DNA of 64,000 bases from Octopus vulgaris. Lineage: Eukaryota. Where the stretch lies: NCBI GenBank assembly GCA_951406725.2, contig OX597836.1, positions 23,250,001 through 23,314,000 on the forward strand, read 5' to 3'. Positions 13,621-28,209 of the stretch are shown here, one piece after another; the stretch's first letter is position 1; the number at the start of each line of letters is the position of its first letter. Position numbers and translations under genes: made by a program. The notes beneath the pieces were generated by a model. The model worked only from the letters and a program-made list of their open reading frames with translations. It made no database searches and had not been told where the DNA came from.

Positions 13621-16035
13621 TATTTTTGAGGGATAGAAACCGTTTTTCTGTTTGAGTTGGCCAGTCACGTGTTGTGGCGGAAAGTCTTTGATCAACGAAT
13701 GTCATCGTCGTCGTCGTAGAAGTAGTGGTAGTGGTGGCAGTAGTAGCTTGCTGTTACTTGATATAAAAACTGCTGAAGCCACTCAATGATCTGTCGATAT
13801 GAGATAAGATATGAAAGAGTCAATTAACGTAGTCCCCGGAGATAGTTGCAGTGACTTTTCTTACTATTATTGTTGGGTATAATTTGTATTTGTGTCTCTT
13901 GATCTCGTCAAGTGGGATCACGTTAAATGTGGTTAAAGGACGACTTGCAGTCATTGACTGATACGACGTCTAGTTTCTCCATATGCTTATTTATTAGATC
14001 AATCGACTTTGAAGTTCCGTTCACTTTATTTGGAAACAATCTCGAAGTTGTATCATTACAGAACAGAACGCATTTTACAGTGATTTTATTGCCCATGTGT
14101 ATCACGAGAATTAAATCAAACGTTTAAAAAAAAAACGGTGATTAGCATTGCTCTCTTTCCACTCGAATAACATTTCGTACAGGCGTGAAAAATGTTAATT
14201 ATATTAGGAAGATACGCAACGATCATGCTGAAAGTATGAAAATAATTAACCAATTAATATTAATTCATTTTACATAAAGTAAAATTAATTATTTCAGTGA
14301 AACACGTATGTTTATAATTTTATTATTGTTTTTGCGTTGTATGGTTGTTAAAATTAACGAACTAAACTTATGTGCTGTTTGTACACCCAGGACTATATTG
14401 TCCTATAGATCTAATTTAATTTTCGATGGTAATGTGTGATTTGAGGGAGATGGGGGTGCTATCTCTTGAAGGTTAACTTGCCACATAAAAAACTCCCTCT
14501 TTGGTACTGTCATTGATGGAAGGTGATATAGGCGACATCACTGTCTCCCTTGTACTTATGTGTGCGTGAGTGTATATATATAAGCATGGGTGTGTGTATG
14601 TGTATGTGTGCTTCTGTGTGTGTATGTATGGATATATGTAAAGTCCTGGTTATGATTTTGAACCTCATCCAGTAGAGTGGTTCTGGTTCGTGAGTTCCAC
14701 GGTTTTGAGGAGTGTGGAACCATCTTTTGACCATTAATGTCCCCAGGACTACTCTGTCAGGGTCTCAGTCATGGGTTAACAAACTAGCATATGTGATAAC
14801 GATCAACCTGAGCGCGGGCACTCAAAAATACCGTTGGTTGGTGTGAGGGCGCGTAGTAAAACCAGCGGGAGTGAGGAGATTCTAGTTTTTGTCACAGCAT
14901 CCTTTTGATGTAAAACCTGCAGCTGCACGTGATTGCTTGTCATCTCTTCTAATCACGGAAACCCAGGACGTGGTACTGTTGTGGAAGGATTCCAATCACC
15001 CCCTGGTGACTGAACGTGGACCGAAACGTTTCTATTAAATAGACAACTGTCAGGTCGTCAGGCATTTGAGTTGATAACAGTTCACGGTGGGCCTTTGATA
15101 CAGAGCGTTGAGTCTCGTGTAATAGTAATAGTATTGCGTCGTGTATATACGTTCTTCCACCCTGCTTCGTTATATTATACATCACAATACAAGGATACAA
15201 AAGGTACTCGTGTTGAACAAGCGCTCATCATCATTATAATTCAATGACATACAGATGTCACTTTATGGTGACCTCATTTTCCATCCTGAAAATCCTATGT
15301 GGTGACGTGTGCAGACCTAACCAGCTGGAAGCGCGCAGTAAGTTACAACTTTCGTCTGTCACTTATGCTTCAAACCATACGGATCTACAAGGGGTATGAG
15401 TAATCAGCGGTAAAGATGACACCGTCACCATGTATGCATGTATATTGACAACATGACTGCTCAAGTTTGATATTTTAAAGGAATGATTATCGTCTTTCCT
15501 TTGAAACGATATAGTTCCTAAGTCTATCAGCGTTAACAGATTTTCTCGGTCTTATCTTTTGAACGAAGTGCTAGTTATTGGCATTTAGGGAATGATGTAA
15601 TTAAATATATTACCATCCCCGAATTTAAAATTATTAAAACAGAACACTTGTTTCATACCGAAGCACAAAGTAGGAATATGTATTTAACAATAAAGACATT
15701 GAAAAACTTCATCAGCACAAAACCACAGAACATACTTCAGATGACCAATGTGGGGTACACTTCAATGACATTTGTAAACTTCATGGATCAGACTCTCACA
15801 CTGAACATAAGTGGTTGGCCGTCCATTTATAGCAAGGACTCATCACAGCGTTTTGCATGAGAGAATATAAAATAAAGTAACAGAAAAAAAAAACAGCAGC
15901 AGATAACTGGACCATTTTATGCAGAACTCTACAAAAAAATTGAAGATCAGCAAATGGAGTCTTCAAAATATAAAATACCATAAGAGGAACCAAAATTTAA
16001 CTTACAAATACAAACAATCTATTAATAAAATAAAG

Positions 16036-16375
16036 GGGGTAAAGACCCCTTCGGTCATGAATGACCATGGGATTGCACCTAGAAAGTTACCCTCCTAGAC
16101 ACAAGTCCGGGCAAGGTTGTTTTATGGAAGACCAGCAGTCGCCCATGCATACCAGCCTCCCCTCTCCACGCCACCAGTGTTATCCAAGGGAAAGACAAAG
16201 GTCGATACAGCTTGGCACCAGTGACGTCGCAACTCATTTCTACAGCTGAGTGAACTGGAGCAACGTGAAATAAAGTGCCTTGCTCAAGAACACAACACGC
16301 AGCCCGGTCCGGGAATCGAGCTCACAACCTTACGATCGTAAGCTCGACGCTCTAACCACTGAGCCATGCGCCTTC
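16036..16375 (-). mobile_element. SINE family C (tRNA-Arg-like head), near full length
   Basis: reverse strand GAAGGCGCATGGCTCAGTGGTTAGAGCGTCGAGCTTACGATCG...GCTCGATTCCC; homologous to 46967-47233 and 59863-60048. Confidence 0.88.
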
Positions 16376-16808
16376 ATAAGAACGGTTATTAATAGTTGAA
16401 AGATATCGATGACAATATCATCAATAACAACACTCTTGCCGTAGTATTGTTGCCAACTTGCTAGAGTGGACAGCAATGAGGTATCAATAAGAAACGCTAC
16501 TAATAATCTTTTCATTCAGAAAAAAAACAAAAAAAAAAAGCTGGTAAGACCGAGAAATATTGAGAGATTTTAACAACTTTGTATTTAAACTAAATATAAA
16601 AGACAAAATAGGAAATACAAAAGATACTAAATAAAAGCAGTCGCGTTTCCTGTATAACCTGTTTAAAAGAGAGACAGAGTGAGGTGCAGTGAATATGTAT
16701 GGAAACGTGCGTAAAAACGTGCGTATATGAAAAGTGTCTATATTATTGATTTATGGAATTAATTATTCATGCGACTAAATGGTATAGAAAATATATTAAA
16801 ATTATATA

Positions 16809-17208
16809 CTCTTTTTACTCTTTTACTTGTTTCAGTCATTTGACTGCGGCCATGCTGGAGCACCGCCTTTAATCGAGCAACTCGACCCCGGAACTTATTC
16901 TTTTTGTAAGCCCAGTACTTATTCTATCGGTCTCTTTTGCCGAACCGCTAAGTAACGGGGACATAGACACACCTGCATTGGTTGTCAAGCAATGCTAGGG
17001 GGACAAACGCACACACGCATATATACATATATATATATACATATACATATATACGACGGGCTTCTTTCAGTTTCCGTCTACCAAATCCACTCACAAGGCT
17101 TTGGTCGGCCCGAGGATATAGTAGAAGACACTTGCCCAAGGTGCCATGCAGTGGGATTGAACCCGGAACCATGTGGTTGGTAAACAAGCTACTTACCACA
17201 CAGCCACT
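16809..17208 (-). mobile_element. SINE family B, full length
   Basis: head to (AGTAAAAAG)-type tail; internal TA/CA microsatellite. Confidence 0.92.
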
Positions 17209-17627
17209 CAGGGGATAATCAGGAAAAAATATAGGAAATAAATCGGAAAAAGTCCATGTTCTTACGCAATAGAAGAAGCAAAACTAAATGTTGTTAAACA
17301 CAAAATGTCCCCAAAGTTAACAAAATGGAAGCAACGTCTAAACAGTCTGTAACAACGTCAAATTGATTTGGATGTTATCCATTAAGGAGTCGTGTAATTA
17401 ACAAAAAGCTATTTAGGAGCGCGTTTAAGATAAAAGTACAGATCTTAAGTTTAAATCTCAAGAATTTTGGGATAAATAAACAGCTTTTCAGTTAAGCGCG
17501 ACTGGAAGGACAGTTTCGACAAGAAACTGGCGATACAGTTCTCTCGGTCTATCACTGACCAGTTGTTGTCCAATTGTTGTTGGTTTAACTTTCTTAAAAT
17601 TCAGATATACTTTCATGGAACAGCTGT

Positions 17628-17942
17628 TCTTTCTTTTTATCTTTTACCGGTTTCAATCATTGGATTGCGGCCATGCCGGAGCATCGTACTGAAGCTTTTG
17701 TCGAACAAATCGACCCTAATACTAATTTTTTTGAAGCCTGGAATTTATTCTATCAGTTTTTTTGCCGAACCGCTAGGTTACAAGGTCGTTGACAAGCCAA
17801 GACCGCACCGATTGTGAAGCGGTGGAAATGGGGTGGATGGACAGCTACAAACACAAAGACACACACACATGCATATATACACGACAGGATTCCACACAGT
17901 TTCCGTCTACCAAATTCACTGACAAATCATTAGTTGACCCAG
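17628..17942 (-). mobile_element. SINE family B, 5' truncated and diverged
   Basis: gcggccatgccggagca...gccgaaccgcta...gtttccgtctaccaaattcact. Confidence 0.8.
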
Positions 17943-17944
17943 AG

Positions 17945-18635
17945 TGTTCAATATATTCACTGTAAGGTTTCGGTCAAGAACTGCTACTCATGTATAGTTT
18001 AGTGTAGTATCCATGAGTAACAGATTTATTGAATAAACTACATGAACCATTTACCGTCAAGTAGACAATTATTACGATTGATGCTCGGCGCAGGAGATGA
18101 TTTAATAGTTTTAAAAGATCTCCATTTTTATCATTGCAATTTCTGAAGGAACTCAAACAAGTTTTAACATACCGTTAAATTTAATCGTATTTCCGTTGAA
18201 GTTTTCATGGTAATTGCAGAGAATGAAGGGATGTTAAATTATGGAACTCATTTGATCAAGATCAAACAAGACATTTATAATTTTCCCTCTAAACTTTAGG
18301 ACATTAAACCCATGCATATATTATATCTTCACAGTGAAGCCGTTGTTTACAAGGGTTCTGTTGTAAATGGTGGCTTCTTTCTAAGTAAAGAAGGCTTCAT
18401 TCGAAAACACTGTTGATATGCACCAATTCGAATTAAATTACGTAAAATTTATTAAGCTTCTAGAAAATGTTCTGAAGTTATTTGTGTCAAGATTCAAGGT
18501 GATGTCTAAAAAAAAAATAAGAACTCTAGGTAGATTAGTGTCCACTGCAATACGTAATCCTATTTCACTAAATAGCTTTATTTGTAGGACTTTCTTAAAT
18601 CTATCTAGCTCGTGGCCACTCATATTTCTCGATAT

Positions 18636-18636
<1 letters not shown>
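17945..18636 (-). pseudogene. decayed Penelope-like retroelement (RT C-terminus, thumb and linker towards GIY-YIG)
   Basis: SGHELDRFKKV..KLFSEIGLRIAVDTN..FLDITLNL, then FSNEAFF..IYNRTLVNNGF, ENFNGNTIK, NCLLDGK match PLE RT motifs; abuts (TA)n. Confidence 0.72.
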
Positions 18637-18713
<77 letters not shown>

Positions 18714-19907
18714 GTATGTATGTATATATGTACATACGTACACACACATTCATACAAGCATGTGAGTGTGTATGGGTGTGTGTATGTGCGTGTGCGAAAC
18801 AACATAACAACATTGCACATATGCACACACAAACATATACTCGCTCCCTTTCAGGGATGCAACCGAAAAGCTAAATCCATGTATAAATATATATTCCTGA
18901 ATCAATCAATCAATCAATCAACCAATCAATCAATTACTCACTCACTCACTCTACCTATCTGTCTGTCTGTCTGTCTGTGGATGTACAGAATTAGTAGAAA
19001 GTCTAGCAAAATACCTTGTGGTTTTTGGTTATGTCACCGGAACAGAACCTAATAACAAAAAATGATTAAAATAATCTATTATAATTTTGCAGTAATTCTG
19101 TCTGTGTGTCTGCACCCCTCTCACAAACTCGAACCAAACATACAGATGTGTCAAGAATAAGTTAATAATATATATATATGCGTGTGTGTGTGTGTACGGA
19201 CTTGCTTTGTAATTTTGTATTTCTTTGTCCATTTAACGACGGTTTTAATTAAGTTAAGAATATTGTAATAGGCTGCTTTATCGTTCAAACCAAATAATAT
19301 TTAACCAGTGACACATTTCTCAATAGTGATAAAGCACATTGCTACCCAACTTATTTGTAAAACAATTTATTTCCATGGGTAGGCTCAACACACCTTTCTC
19401 CTCAGAGAAGGTGCACCCGTTTTAATGCATTTAATGACCATTGCAATGAAATTTGATATTTTATTATAAGAAACTCAACGGCGCAATTATTTACGTTGTT
19501 ATTGTTTTTGGTAGCCCACACAACGAAAGATATATTTCTGGCAAGACAAAAGCCACCAAATGATCATAAACTACCACTTTAAACGTAAAAGTTCCTATGT
19601 TTGACAATCCTTTTTTTTGGTCTTATAATTCGTAAACTCAATAGAAACGGTTTCGAAACTCAGCGTCTACTTACAAAATAATGAATGTTTTTCTCGTGAC
19701 CAGCTTTTTGTATTTTCATGGCTAGCTTCATACTTTTTTCGTGGCCAGTTTAACGTTTCTTTCGTGGTTAAATTTATGCACCTCTCATGGTGCCTATGTC
19801 CAGTGTAAGAAATTCGAGTGGACTTCGCACTAAGGCACCCCGTCTCCCCCTCCCTAACCCAATCCAAAACGAAGAATGAAGATGGATATTTGGCAGAGAA
19901 TATTCTG

Positions 19908-20117
19908 TCTCTTTTACTTGTTTCAGTCATTAGATTGCGCCCATGTTGGGGCACCGCTTTGAAGAATTTTTTAGTCGAATCACTCGACCCTACTACTTAT
20001 TTTTTAAAAGCCGGGTACTTATTCTATCGTTCTTTTTTTTTACCAAACCACTAAGTTACAGGGGCATAAACACACCAGCACCGGGTATCAAGCAGTAGTA
20101 GGGGACAAACACACACA

Positions 20118-20184
<67 letters not shown>

Positions 20185-20322
20185 ATATGTCTGTCTGTCT
20201 GTCTAGGGTTTGGTCGGACTGAAGCTTTAGTCGAAGACCCTTGCCCAGTGTGCCTCGGAGTGACATTGAACTCAGAACCATGTGGTTGGGGAGCAAGCTT
20301 CTTACCACCCAACCACGCCTGC
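19908..20322 (-). mobile_element. SINE family B with internal (TCTA)n
   Basis: tail and head motifs as in other B copies. Confidence 0.85.
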
Positions 20323-20586
20323 ACATTGGAAATCTGTCGAGGTATATGTAATCTCAATTTTACTACAACTCGCATCTTCGTTTCTGCATTGTCAAAGCGT
20401 TATTCATTGACATCACATGTGTCAATCCATGGCCTTACATTAAACAACATGTATCTCATTATTTTCTTCAACATATATTTAAACATTTCTAGCGAAACCA
20501 TCTGTGTAACCCACGTTAATATCATTCTATCACTCCAAAAACACCTATATTTCATTATAAGTATTGTTATATTATTAAACCTGATG

Positions 20587-20803
20587 AAGTTGGCGAGCTA
20601 GCAGAAACGTTAGCACGCCGGGCAAAATGCTTAGCGGCATTCCGTCCGACTTTACGTTCTGAGTTCAAATTTCGTCGGGGTCGACTTTACTTTTCATCCT
20701 TTCGGGGTCGATTAAAATAAGTACCAGTTGAACACTGGGGTAGATGTAATCGACTAACCCCACCCCGCCAAAATTTCAGGCCTTGTGCCTATTATTAGCA
20801 AGG
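20587..20803 (+). mobile_element. SINE family A with alternative tail
   Basis: 16-bp TSD attattaaacctgatg at 20571-20586 / 20804-20819. Confidence 0.92.
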
Positions 20804-21194
20804 ATTATTAAACCTGATGCTAAATCATCTTTGTACCAACGCGCGTTCTTTTATAACTTTGCGCTCTTGTACCACTCACACCGGAACGGGCCCATATTTC
20901 TTGTGGGACATTGGGAAATAAAGAAAAGCTGATATAGACTAATTCACTTTTGCTAGTTTCACCTCGTCTTAAATCATAAATGTCTTACCCTGTTATTTTT
21001 TTAGCCAAACGTCGTCGTCATCATGAAATTTTCTGTCCATACACACACACATATATATATATATTCTTTCTTCGTATGTAGGACGGGTATTAGGCCCATA
21101 TATAAAAAAATTATTATTAATATTTTTAACCTTTTCTTGATTTGAACATCATAATCGACAAACTTCTAAGTTCGCGGAAGGAATAATTTCAGTT

Positions 21195-21513
<319 letters not shown>

Positions 21514-22169
21514 TGTGTGCGCGCGCGTGTGAGAGGGAGAGAAAGGGAGAGAGAAAGAGGGAGAGAGTGTATTTATGAGTCATTTCTACTTGGGTGCAGA
21601 AGCTACAGGGGACAGCAGAAAATAAACATTATCCCTCAAAAAAAAAAAAAAAAAGAGAAAGAAAACTAGAAAATGAAAAGAAAAAAACGTGCCTAAAAGC
21701 CTCATTACTTTATTAAAATATATTTTTTTATTGTTGTTATTGCTGTTGTTATTGTCATCACCATTGTTCTATATCTGTGTAACCAACATGGCGGCTAAAT
21801 GTTTGTCGGGAACGAAAATAGCATATTTAGATTTACGCACACACATACACATTTACACCACCCAAGGAAAAAATAACAGCGTGCATTTTAACCTAATTGT
21901 TGTTGTTATTTTCAATCTGTTTCTGGTTGTGTTATTATATGAAGCAGTTATCTATTTTTGGTTACAGCACAATCACTATCTGATTAGGGGCAAAAATATA
22001 GGATCCTGCCACAAAATAAGTTAACAAACGAGCAGCAAAATGTGCTTAAACACCCTCCTTTACTACGACTGGTGCTCTTGTTTCTGTGGTTGTTTTTGCT
22101 ACTAGTTTTGTTGTCGGTGGTGACAGTGGTTGCGGTGTTGCTGCTGTTGTTGTCACTGATAAATATATA

Positions 22170-23110
22170 TGTTTCTTTATTACCCACAAGGGGCTAAACA
22201 TAGAGGGGACAAACAAGGACAGACAAACGGATTAAGACGATTACATCGACCCCAGTGCTTAACTGGTGCTTAATTTATCGACCCCGAAAGGATGAAAGGC
22301 AAAGTCAACCTCAGCGGAATTTGAACTCAGAACGTAACGGCATGTTTCTTTATTACCCACAAGGGGCTAGACATAGAGGGGACAAACAAGGACAGACAAA
22401 CGGATTAAGTCGATTACATCGACCCCAGTGCTTAACTGGTACTTAATTTATCGACTCCGAAAGGATGAAAGGCAAAGTCGACCTCGGCGGAATTTGAACT
22501 CAGAAAGTAACAGCAGACGAAATACTTATTTCTTTATTACCCACAAGGGGCTAAACATAGAGGGGACAAACAAGGACAGACAAACGGATTAAGACGATTA
22601 CATCGACCCCAGTGCTTAACTGGTACTTGATTTATCTACCCCGAAAGGATGAAAGGCAAAGTCGACCTCGGCGGAATTTGAACTCAGAACGTAACGGCAT
22701 ATTTCTTTACTACCCATAAGGGGCTAAACATAGAGGGAACAAACAAGGACAGACAAACGGATTAAGACGATTACATCGACCCCAGTGCTTAACTGGTACT
22801 TAATTTATCGACCCCGAAAGGATGAAAGGTAAAGTCGACCTCGGCGGAATTTGAACTCAGAACATAACAGCAGACGAAATACTTATTTCTTTATTACCCA
22901 CAAGGGGCTAAACATAGATGGGACAAACAAGGACAGACAAAGGGATTAAGACGATTACATCGACCCCAGTGCTTAACTGGTACTTAATTTATCGACCCCG
23001 AAAGGATGAAAGGTAAAGTCGACCTCGGCGGAATTTGAACTCAGAATGTAACGGCAGACGAAATACGGCTACGCATTTCGCCCGGTGTGCTAACAGTTCT
23101 ACCAGCTCGC
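22170..23110 (-). mobile_element. SINE family A pentamer (5 bodies, 1 head)
   Basis: units start near 22171, 22344, 22528, 22701 and 22885; 16-bp TSD cactgataaatatata at 22154-22169 / 23111-23126. Confidence 0.93.
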
Positions 23111-23534
23111 CACTGATAAATATATAGCGAATAGGACTTACAATGGCGGTCAGCAAGAGAAAAAACGGTATCCACCATCAAGGCTTCTGAGACAAGTTTT
23201 GCAAGGCTGGACAAGAATGTCTTCGGGTCCACTGTTTGGACATTCCCCAGGTGATGATGGTCAACCCTTACGATTACTTAAAAAAAGATCAATCTAAATT
23301 GGTTAGAACCGCATTGAAACCAGATTATAGTATAGCAGATCTGCAATATATTGTATAATAGGCCTGTTATTCAATGTATTGCGTCAGGAGAAGGTTGTCA
23401 CGGATAGATCTACCTGGACCACGCATGTTTATGTGTCTCTAACTAAACCACGGAAGACAAGCGCCTTTGGAGAGTGTCTTTGGCAAAATCTTAAATTTTC
23501 TGTTGAGTTAGGGGGCCTCATTATTATCATTAAT

Positions 23535-23830
23535 ATTGATTTCAAATTTTGGCACTAGGCCAGCAATTTTGGAGGAGGGGGTTAGTCGAATACATGGATC
23601 TTAGGTGATCAGATAATAATTTCAAATTTTTAGGACAAGGCCACTAAATTGTAAGGTGAATTCTTACACTCGACCCTAGTACTTGAGTGGTGCTTCAATT
23701 TATCGGCTCCGAAAGGATAAAATGCAAAGTTGGTTCTGATGGGATTGAAACTCTGAACGTAAAATATCATGACTAAAAACATAACCGCCAGGAATTTTCT
23801 CTGATATTCTTACCACTCCGCTTAAGCCAC
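23535..23830 (-). mobile_element. SINE family A, old copy with duplicated alternative tail
   Basis: ttcaaattttggcactaggccagc and ttcaaatttttaggacaaggccac followed by ccgaaaggataaaatgcaaagt. Confidence 0.6.
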
Positions 23831-23834
23831 ATCT

Positions 23835-23893
<59 letters not shown>

Positions 23894-24212
23894 GTGAAGT
23901 TGGAGGTTGGGCTACTTGCACTCAAGTAGGAAGTAAAATATGGCTTCCACTTAATGTCAGGTTCCTTTGATTTTGGTGAGGTGTTGTATGGACTACATTC
24001 TCTTGTATAATGTGTTTCTTTTGTCATGTTTATAGGTGTGCGTTCGCGCGTGCGCGTGTGTAGGCGTGTAGAGGAAACGGCTCCACAGCTTATGGGGGTT
24101 TTTTGTGGATCATATAGCGAACAAAAATAAATCTGGCGGAGCATATATTTCAAACATGTTTTCAGAAGCATATTCCTGTTGTGTGTGTGGGTTTAGCATC
24201 AACCTTCATGCA

Positions 24213-24263
<51 letters not shown>

Positions 24264-24325
24264 GTGTACCAATGAGAGAGATGTTGCTTGACGGAACAAT
24301 TGCTTTGTCATCTTTTTATCTGTTA

Positions 24326-24709
24326 CTAGCAGTATCACCCGGCGTTGCTCGGGTTTGTAAGGGAAATAACTATAAAGCATTTTTAGAGAGTTATAGCCAA
24401 AAAATAGCAAAAGAATGGGAAAAAAATGATGGTAAATTTTTTTTTGAGAGTTAAAAGGTCGAGTTGCGTCCCCTAGACAGTCTGTGGTTTGTGTTTCTGA
24501 TTCTCGACCCCATGTCGAATTTATCGATTTTTTTCAGAACTGGAGGAACTTTTCAAAATTTTCGCTGCGTTAGTTTTGAATTATGACATTGGGCTATGTG
24601 TGTATCAAGTTTCATCAGAATCGGTTGAAAGCCGTGGTCAGGGTGAGGGTACAATCTAACAGACACACAGACACACACACAGACAAACTGCCGTTTATAT
24701 ATAGAGAGA
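24326..24709 (-). mobile_element. non-autonomous Helitron, complete
   Basis: minus strand A|TC...subterminal hairpin (cccggcgttgctcggg)...CTAG|T; no TSD; simple repeat near 5' end. Confidence 0.88.
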
Positions 24710-25064
24710 TTATTCTTTCTAAAAATTCAAGGAGAACTTGAATCGTGAGGTTATGGTTTTGTTCTCGTTTTTCAGGGACGGGCCCCTTCCTGGCTCTCAG
24801 GGCCCTGTGCACGCGTTTGATGTGGTCTGAGTTTTTTTTTAAATGGCTTTAATTGTGATTATGAGAAACCACCACCACTGTCATCACCAGCAACAGTAGC
24901 CGTTCAAGAATTTGGACCTGGAGATTTCCATTTCCAGTGGTGTCGGGCATCAACGAAGAGCCCTTGACTACAAGACGACCAAAGTTTTTTTTTTTCGAGG
25001 TGTGGGGTCTCCCGCCCCTAAGCCCTAGACCATCACCTAATCACCCTTACCCGTCTTGTTGCTT

Positions 25065-25105
<41 letters not shown>

Positions 25106-25149
25106 CCAGCAACAGCACTAGCACCACCACTACCACTACCGTCGCCGCC

Positions 25150-25290
25150 GCCAAAATCCACTCACAAGACATTGGTCGGCCCGGGGCTATAGCAGAAGAC
25201 ACTTGCCCAAGATGCCACACAGTGGGACTGAACCCGGAACCATGTGGTTGGTTAGCAAGCTACTTACCACACAGCCACTCCTGCGCCTGT
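25150..25290 (-). mobile_element. SINE family B head
   Basis: aatccactcacaag...accacacagccactcctgcgcct. Confidence 0.85.
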
Positions 25291-25469
25291 ATAAAAAGTT
25301 TAAATATTTTGTGTTTCGCAAATACAATATTTATTACACATAAATGTTAACAACAAAATCTTATGAAGACCCCCAAAGGCCATATGGACCCCAAAGGCTT
25401 ATATGGGCTCCGGTTGAGAGCCACTGCTACATATGACACATATACATCATACACACACATAAATGTATG

Positions 25470-25505
<36 letters not shown>

Positions 25506-25726
25506 CATTAATATATATATATTAATTTCTGAATTACTACTACTTGGCGGTTTGAGCCCTGACTGCTCTTTCTAGTGGGTCGAATGGCCTATTAAGGCCA
25601 TTCCTCAATTGTTGTTGAATTTATATATATAGTCTATGACTATTTTCTCTTTCTCACTAGACCGCTGGTGGCGAAAAAATTTTTTGCTATCTTATATTGA
25701 TTAACATATATATATATATATATATG

Positions 25727-27350
25727 AAGGAAATGCAGGTTGTTAGGGAGAGTTATGTCCTCAGGTTGAAGATAAGGTCTTTCCCCCTGTATTTGCAGAT
25801 GTCGTTTGAGCTAAAGTGTTGGAGATTTGTACATTACTGACAAGTGGTCAAAGAAGTGACTGGCGAAGTAATATGACGGGTTTACGGACTCCCCAGACGG
25901 GGTTATGACGGACACCGAGGAGGTACATACAGAACTTGTCACCTAACAGGCCACCCGTCTTGTCTAGGCACAGCAGAACCTGGATGATAGGAGGAAGTAA
26001 AGGATCGTGTTGTTCGGTGGATCCTTGTAGATTGGTTGTTTGGGAAATGAAGAGACAAATATGCCATCGAAGGGGAAGGGGAGATGCCTAAGGTTGGGTG
26101 TGTCACAGAACAAATTTAATTTTAGAACAGAATGTCACGTAGATATTCCTTTTCAAGTAAAAGAGTGTAGGATCAATAAAGTTAGGAGCGGTTAGCGTAT
26201 CCGATTACAGAGAGTGAAAGTTGTGATGGAGGGTGGGTGTGCTGAAGTGGGTGAGTCATAGGGGAAGAGAGAGAGCGGGGAGAGGGTGGGTGCGACTGAA
26301 TGATTGATGAACTGGACTCAGTGGTGGTGAGAGTTCGCGACAGCTTGAGGGTAGTCACATGTGAGCAAAAGATGACGCATTCTTTGGAAACGGTGTCATG
26401 ATCCTTGTTGCAGAAGTGACGAGGTTGAAGGCATTGTGAGAAGGATGGTGGTGGTGGTGGGGGGTTTATTTAGTGAGAATGGAATAAGAGGAAGAAGAGT
26501 CGAGGTAGAAGTGATAGTCTGTCGGTTTATAGTTTAAGCGGTGAGGTGAATACTGTGGTGGGGACAGAGATGTCCAGAAAGTTGGTGAAGGTGCTTGAGA
26601 TAGCGCAACAATGGTGGTTTGGAGGTAATTGATGCGGGAGATGAAAGGAGTAAATTACTTTCTGGTAGGTGAGATGACAGTGACAGTCATTGATATAATT
26701 GAGCTTCGATTTGCTCCACAATCAATGGACATAATGGGGGTCTATTCAGATAATTATGGCTGCTGCACTCAATTCTTGGCAAATTTCTATCAAGAAAACT
26801 GCGCAACGAAAGCAGTATAAAGGGATCTGATATCGATGGTGAAGCGGAGAGTCTAGAGAGTCCAGGAGAGAAGAAAAATAGTTGAAGGGGCAGGGCCCTT
26901 GATATAGAAAGTAAAGATGAGCAGCCGCAGAAAGGAACGACATCAGGTAGCCGAGGTAGCTTGAGGTAAAATGTTGCTGTCGTTGACTTCATTTCTTATT
27001 TCTCCAAGATTTCTAAAATGAGAACCAAATCTATACTATTTGCTATTCGGTCGACTATGGAACTTCTGGACACATCTGATATTTATTCCATCGTCCCTGG
27101 AAAATCTTCAAACTGTTTCTCACAATCTCACGAATCTCTCTCCTCCATTAATTGTGGAAGATTTTTAATCTCAGTTTGTGTATGGGTCTGCTAATATCAA
27201 TGTAGTTGAGTGGTCTTTGTCTTATGTTAGCGGGTTGGGAATCTCCAAAATATAACAACTGGTATGACCTGTTGTTCAAATCATTATTACTGGCCAGCAA
27301 AGGCTTCCCCGCTTTGAGTAATAATAATAGTAGAGACGAGTGAAATGTGT
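25727..27350 (-). pseudogene. decayed Penelope-like element: RT plus GIY-YIG endonuclease
   Basis: ordered remnants LNYINDC (RYIDD), ISSTFTNFLDISV, TDYHFYLDSSSS, FSQCLQPRHFC, LRDILF, ICLFISQTTNLQG, LCLDKTGGLLGDKF (YIGETGRxLxDRF), DLIFNLRT; many stops; bounded by (TA)n. Confidence 0.75.
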
Positions 27351-28209
27351 TCATGAATCTCTGTTTTTGTGCTTACGCCTTGCGATATTAGAACTCTCAT
27401 GAAAAGCCTGGTGTATATATATATATAGCTTCAATGTGATATTGAAGATCTCTCTTCATAGCCTAGAATTTGGCTCCATAGAGAACAATGCTTTAGACAT
27501 GCTTTGCATAAGACAAGCGTTGCTGACTTTGAAATACTTAACTGCCAGATGTCCTGCAGTTTGTCAAAAGTTATTTCTGTCAACAACATTGGACAAAGAT
27601 AAATTCCTGGAAAATATCAGATCGAAACTCGAAATGTTCCAGGATTAAAGTAAATTGCTGGAAGGTGATTAGTTATGTTCTCAGACTTTTCTTCCATTCC
27701 TTAATTGTTTTTTAATGATTAACTATATTTAGAATATGTTTACGTATAAAACTATATGTAAACTAAAGTTACATATAAAAACATATTTCGTAAGAAAATA
27801 TGGTGTATATTTTTGTCATGTGTTTTTAGTTGTGGTATAAATAAGATTAATTAATGTATATTTGCGTAAGCAATTAATTAATATATTTATTTTTGTGTAT
27901 GTGTTTTATTACTGTATTTGTTTTTGTATACTTGCGTAATGAAAGGCCGAGTGCCGAGCTTCCTTTAATGTCTAAACTTTCTTCCATCCCCCAACATTTT
28001 TCAAATGGTTAACTATATTTAGGATATAGTTACATACAGAAAGTATACATAATATTTACAAATATATAAACTATATTCACATACGTAAAAGACTTACTCT
28101 TTTACGTATGACAATTAATCCTTACAGTATTCCCTTTTTTTTTTGTTGATGTATACTTATGATTTATTTTTGTTTGTAGTCATGCTTTATTGAAACCAAT
28201 ATAAGTATA

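Noticed and set aside
14900-15420. Possible mariner transposase N-terminus on the minus strand (HDAILLLL..SVSKAHREL)
   Set aside because: One short weak similarity; no TIR pair or catalytic motifs seen.
16300-16375. tRNA-Arg-like sequence (also ~47160-47233, ~52370-52444, ~59975-60048)
   Set aside because: These are SINE heads followed by SINE bodies; no complete acceptor stem seen, so they are not called tRNA genes.
22170-23110. Regular repeats resembling a CRISPR array
   Set aside because: Units are near-identical along their whole length with no unique spacers, no cas genes and a eukaryotic context.
27690-28045. Diverged ~290-bp-spaced direct duplication
   Set aside because: Short AT-rich match, probably an old local duplication with no further structure.
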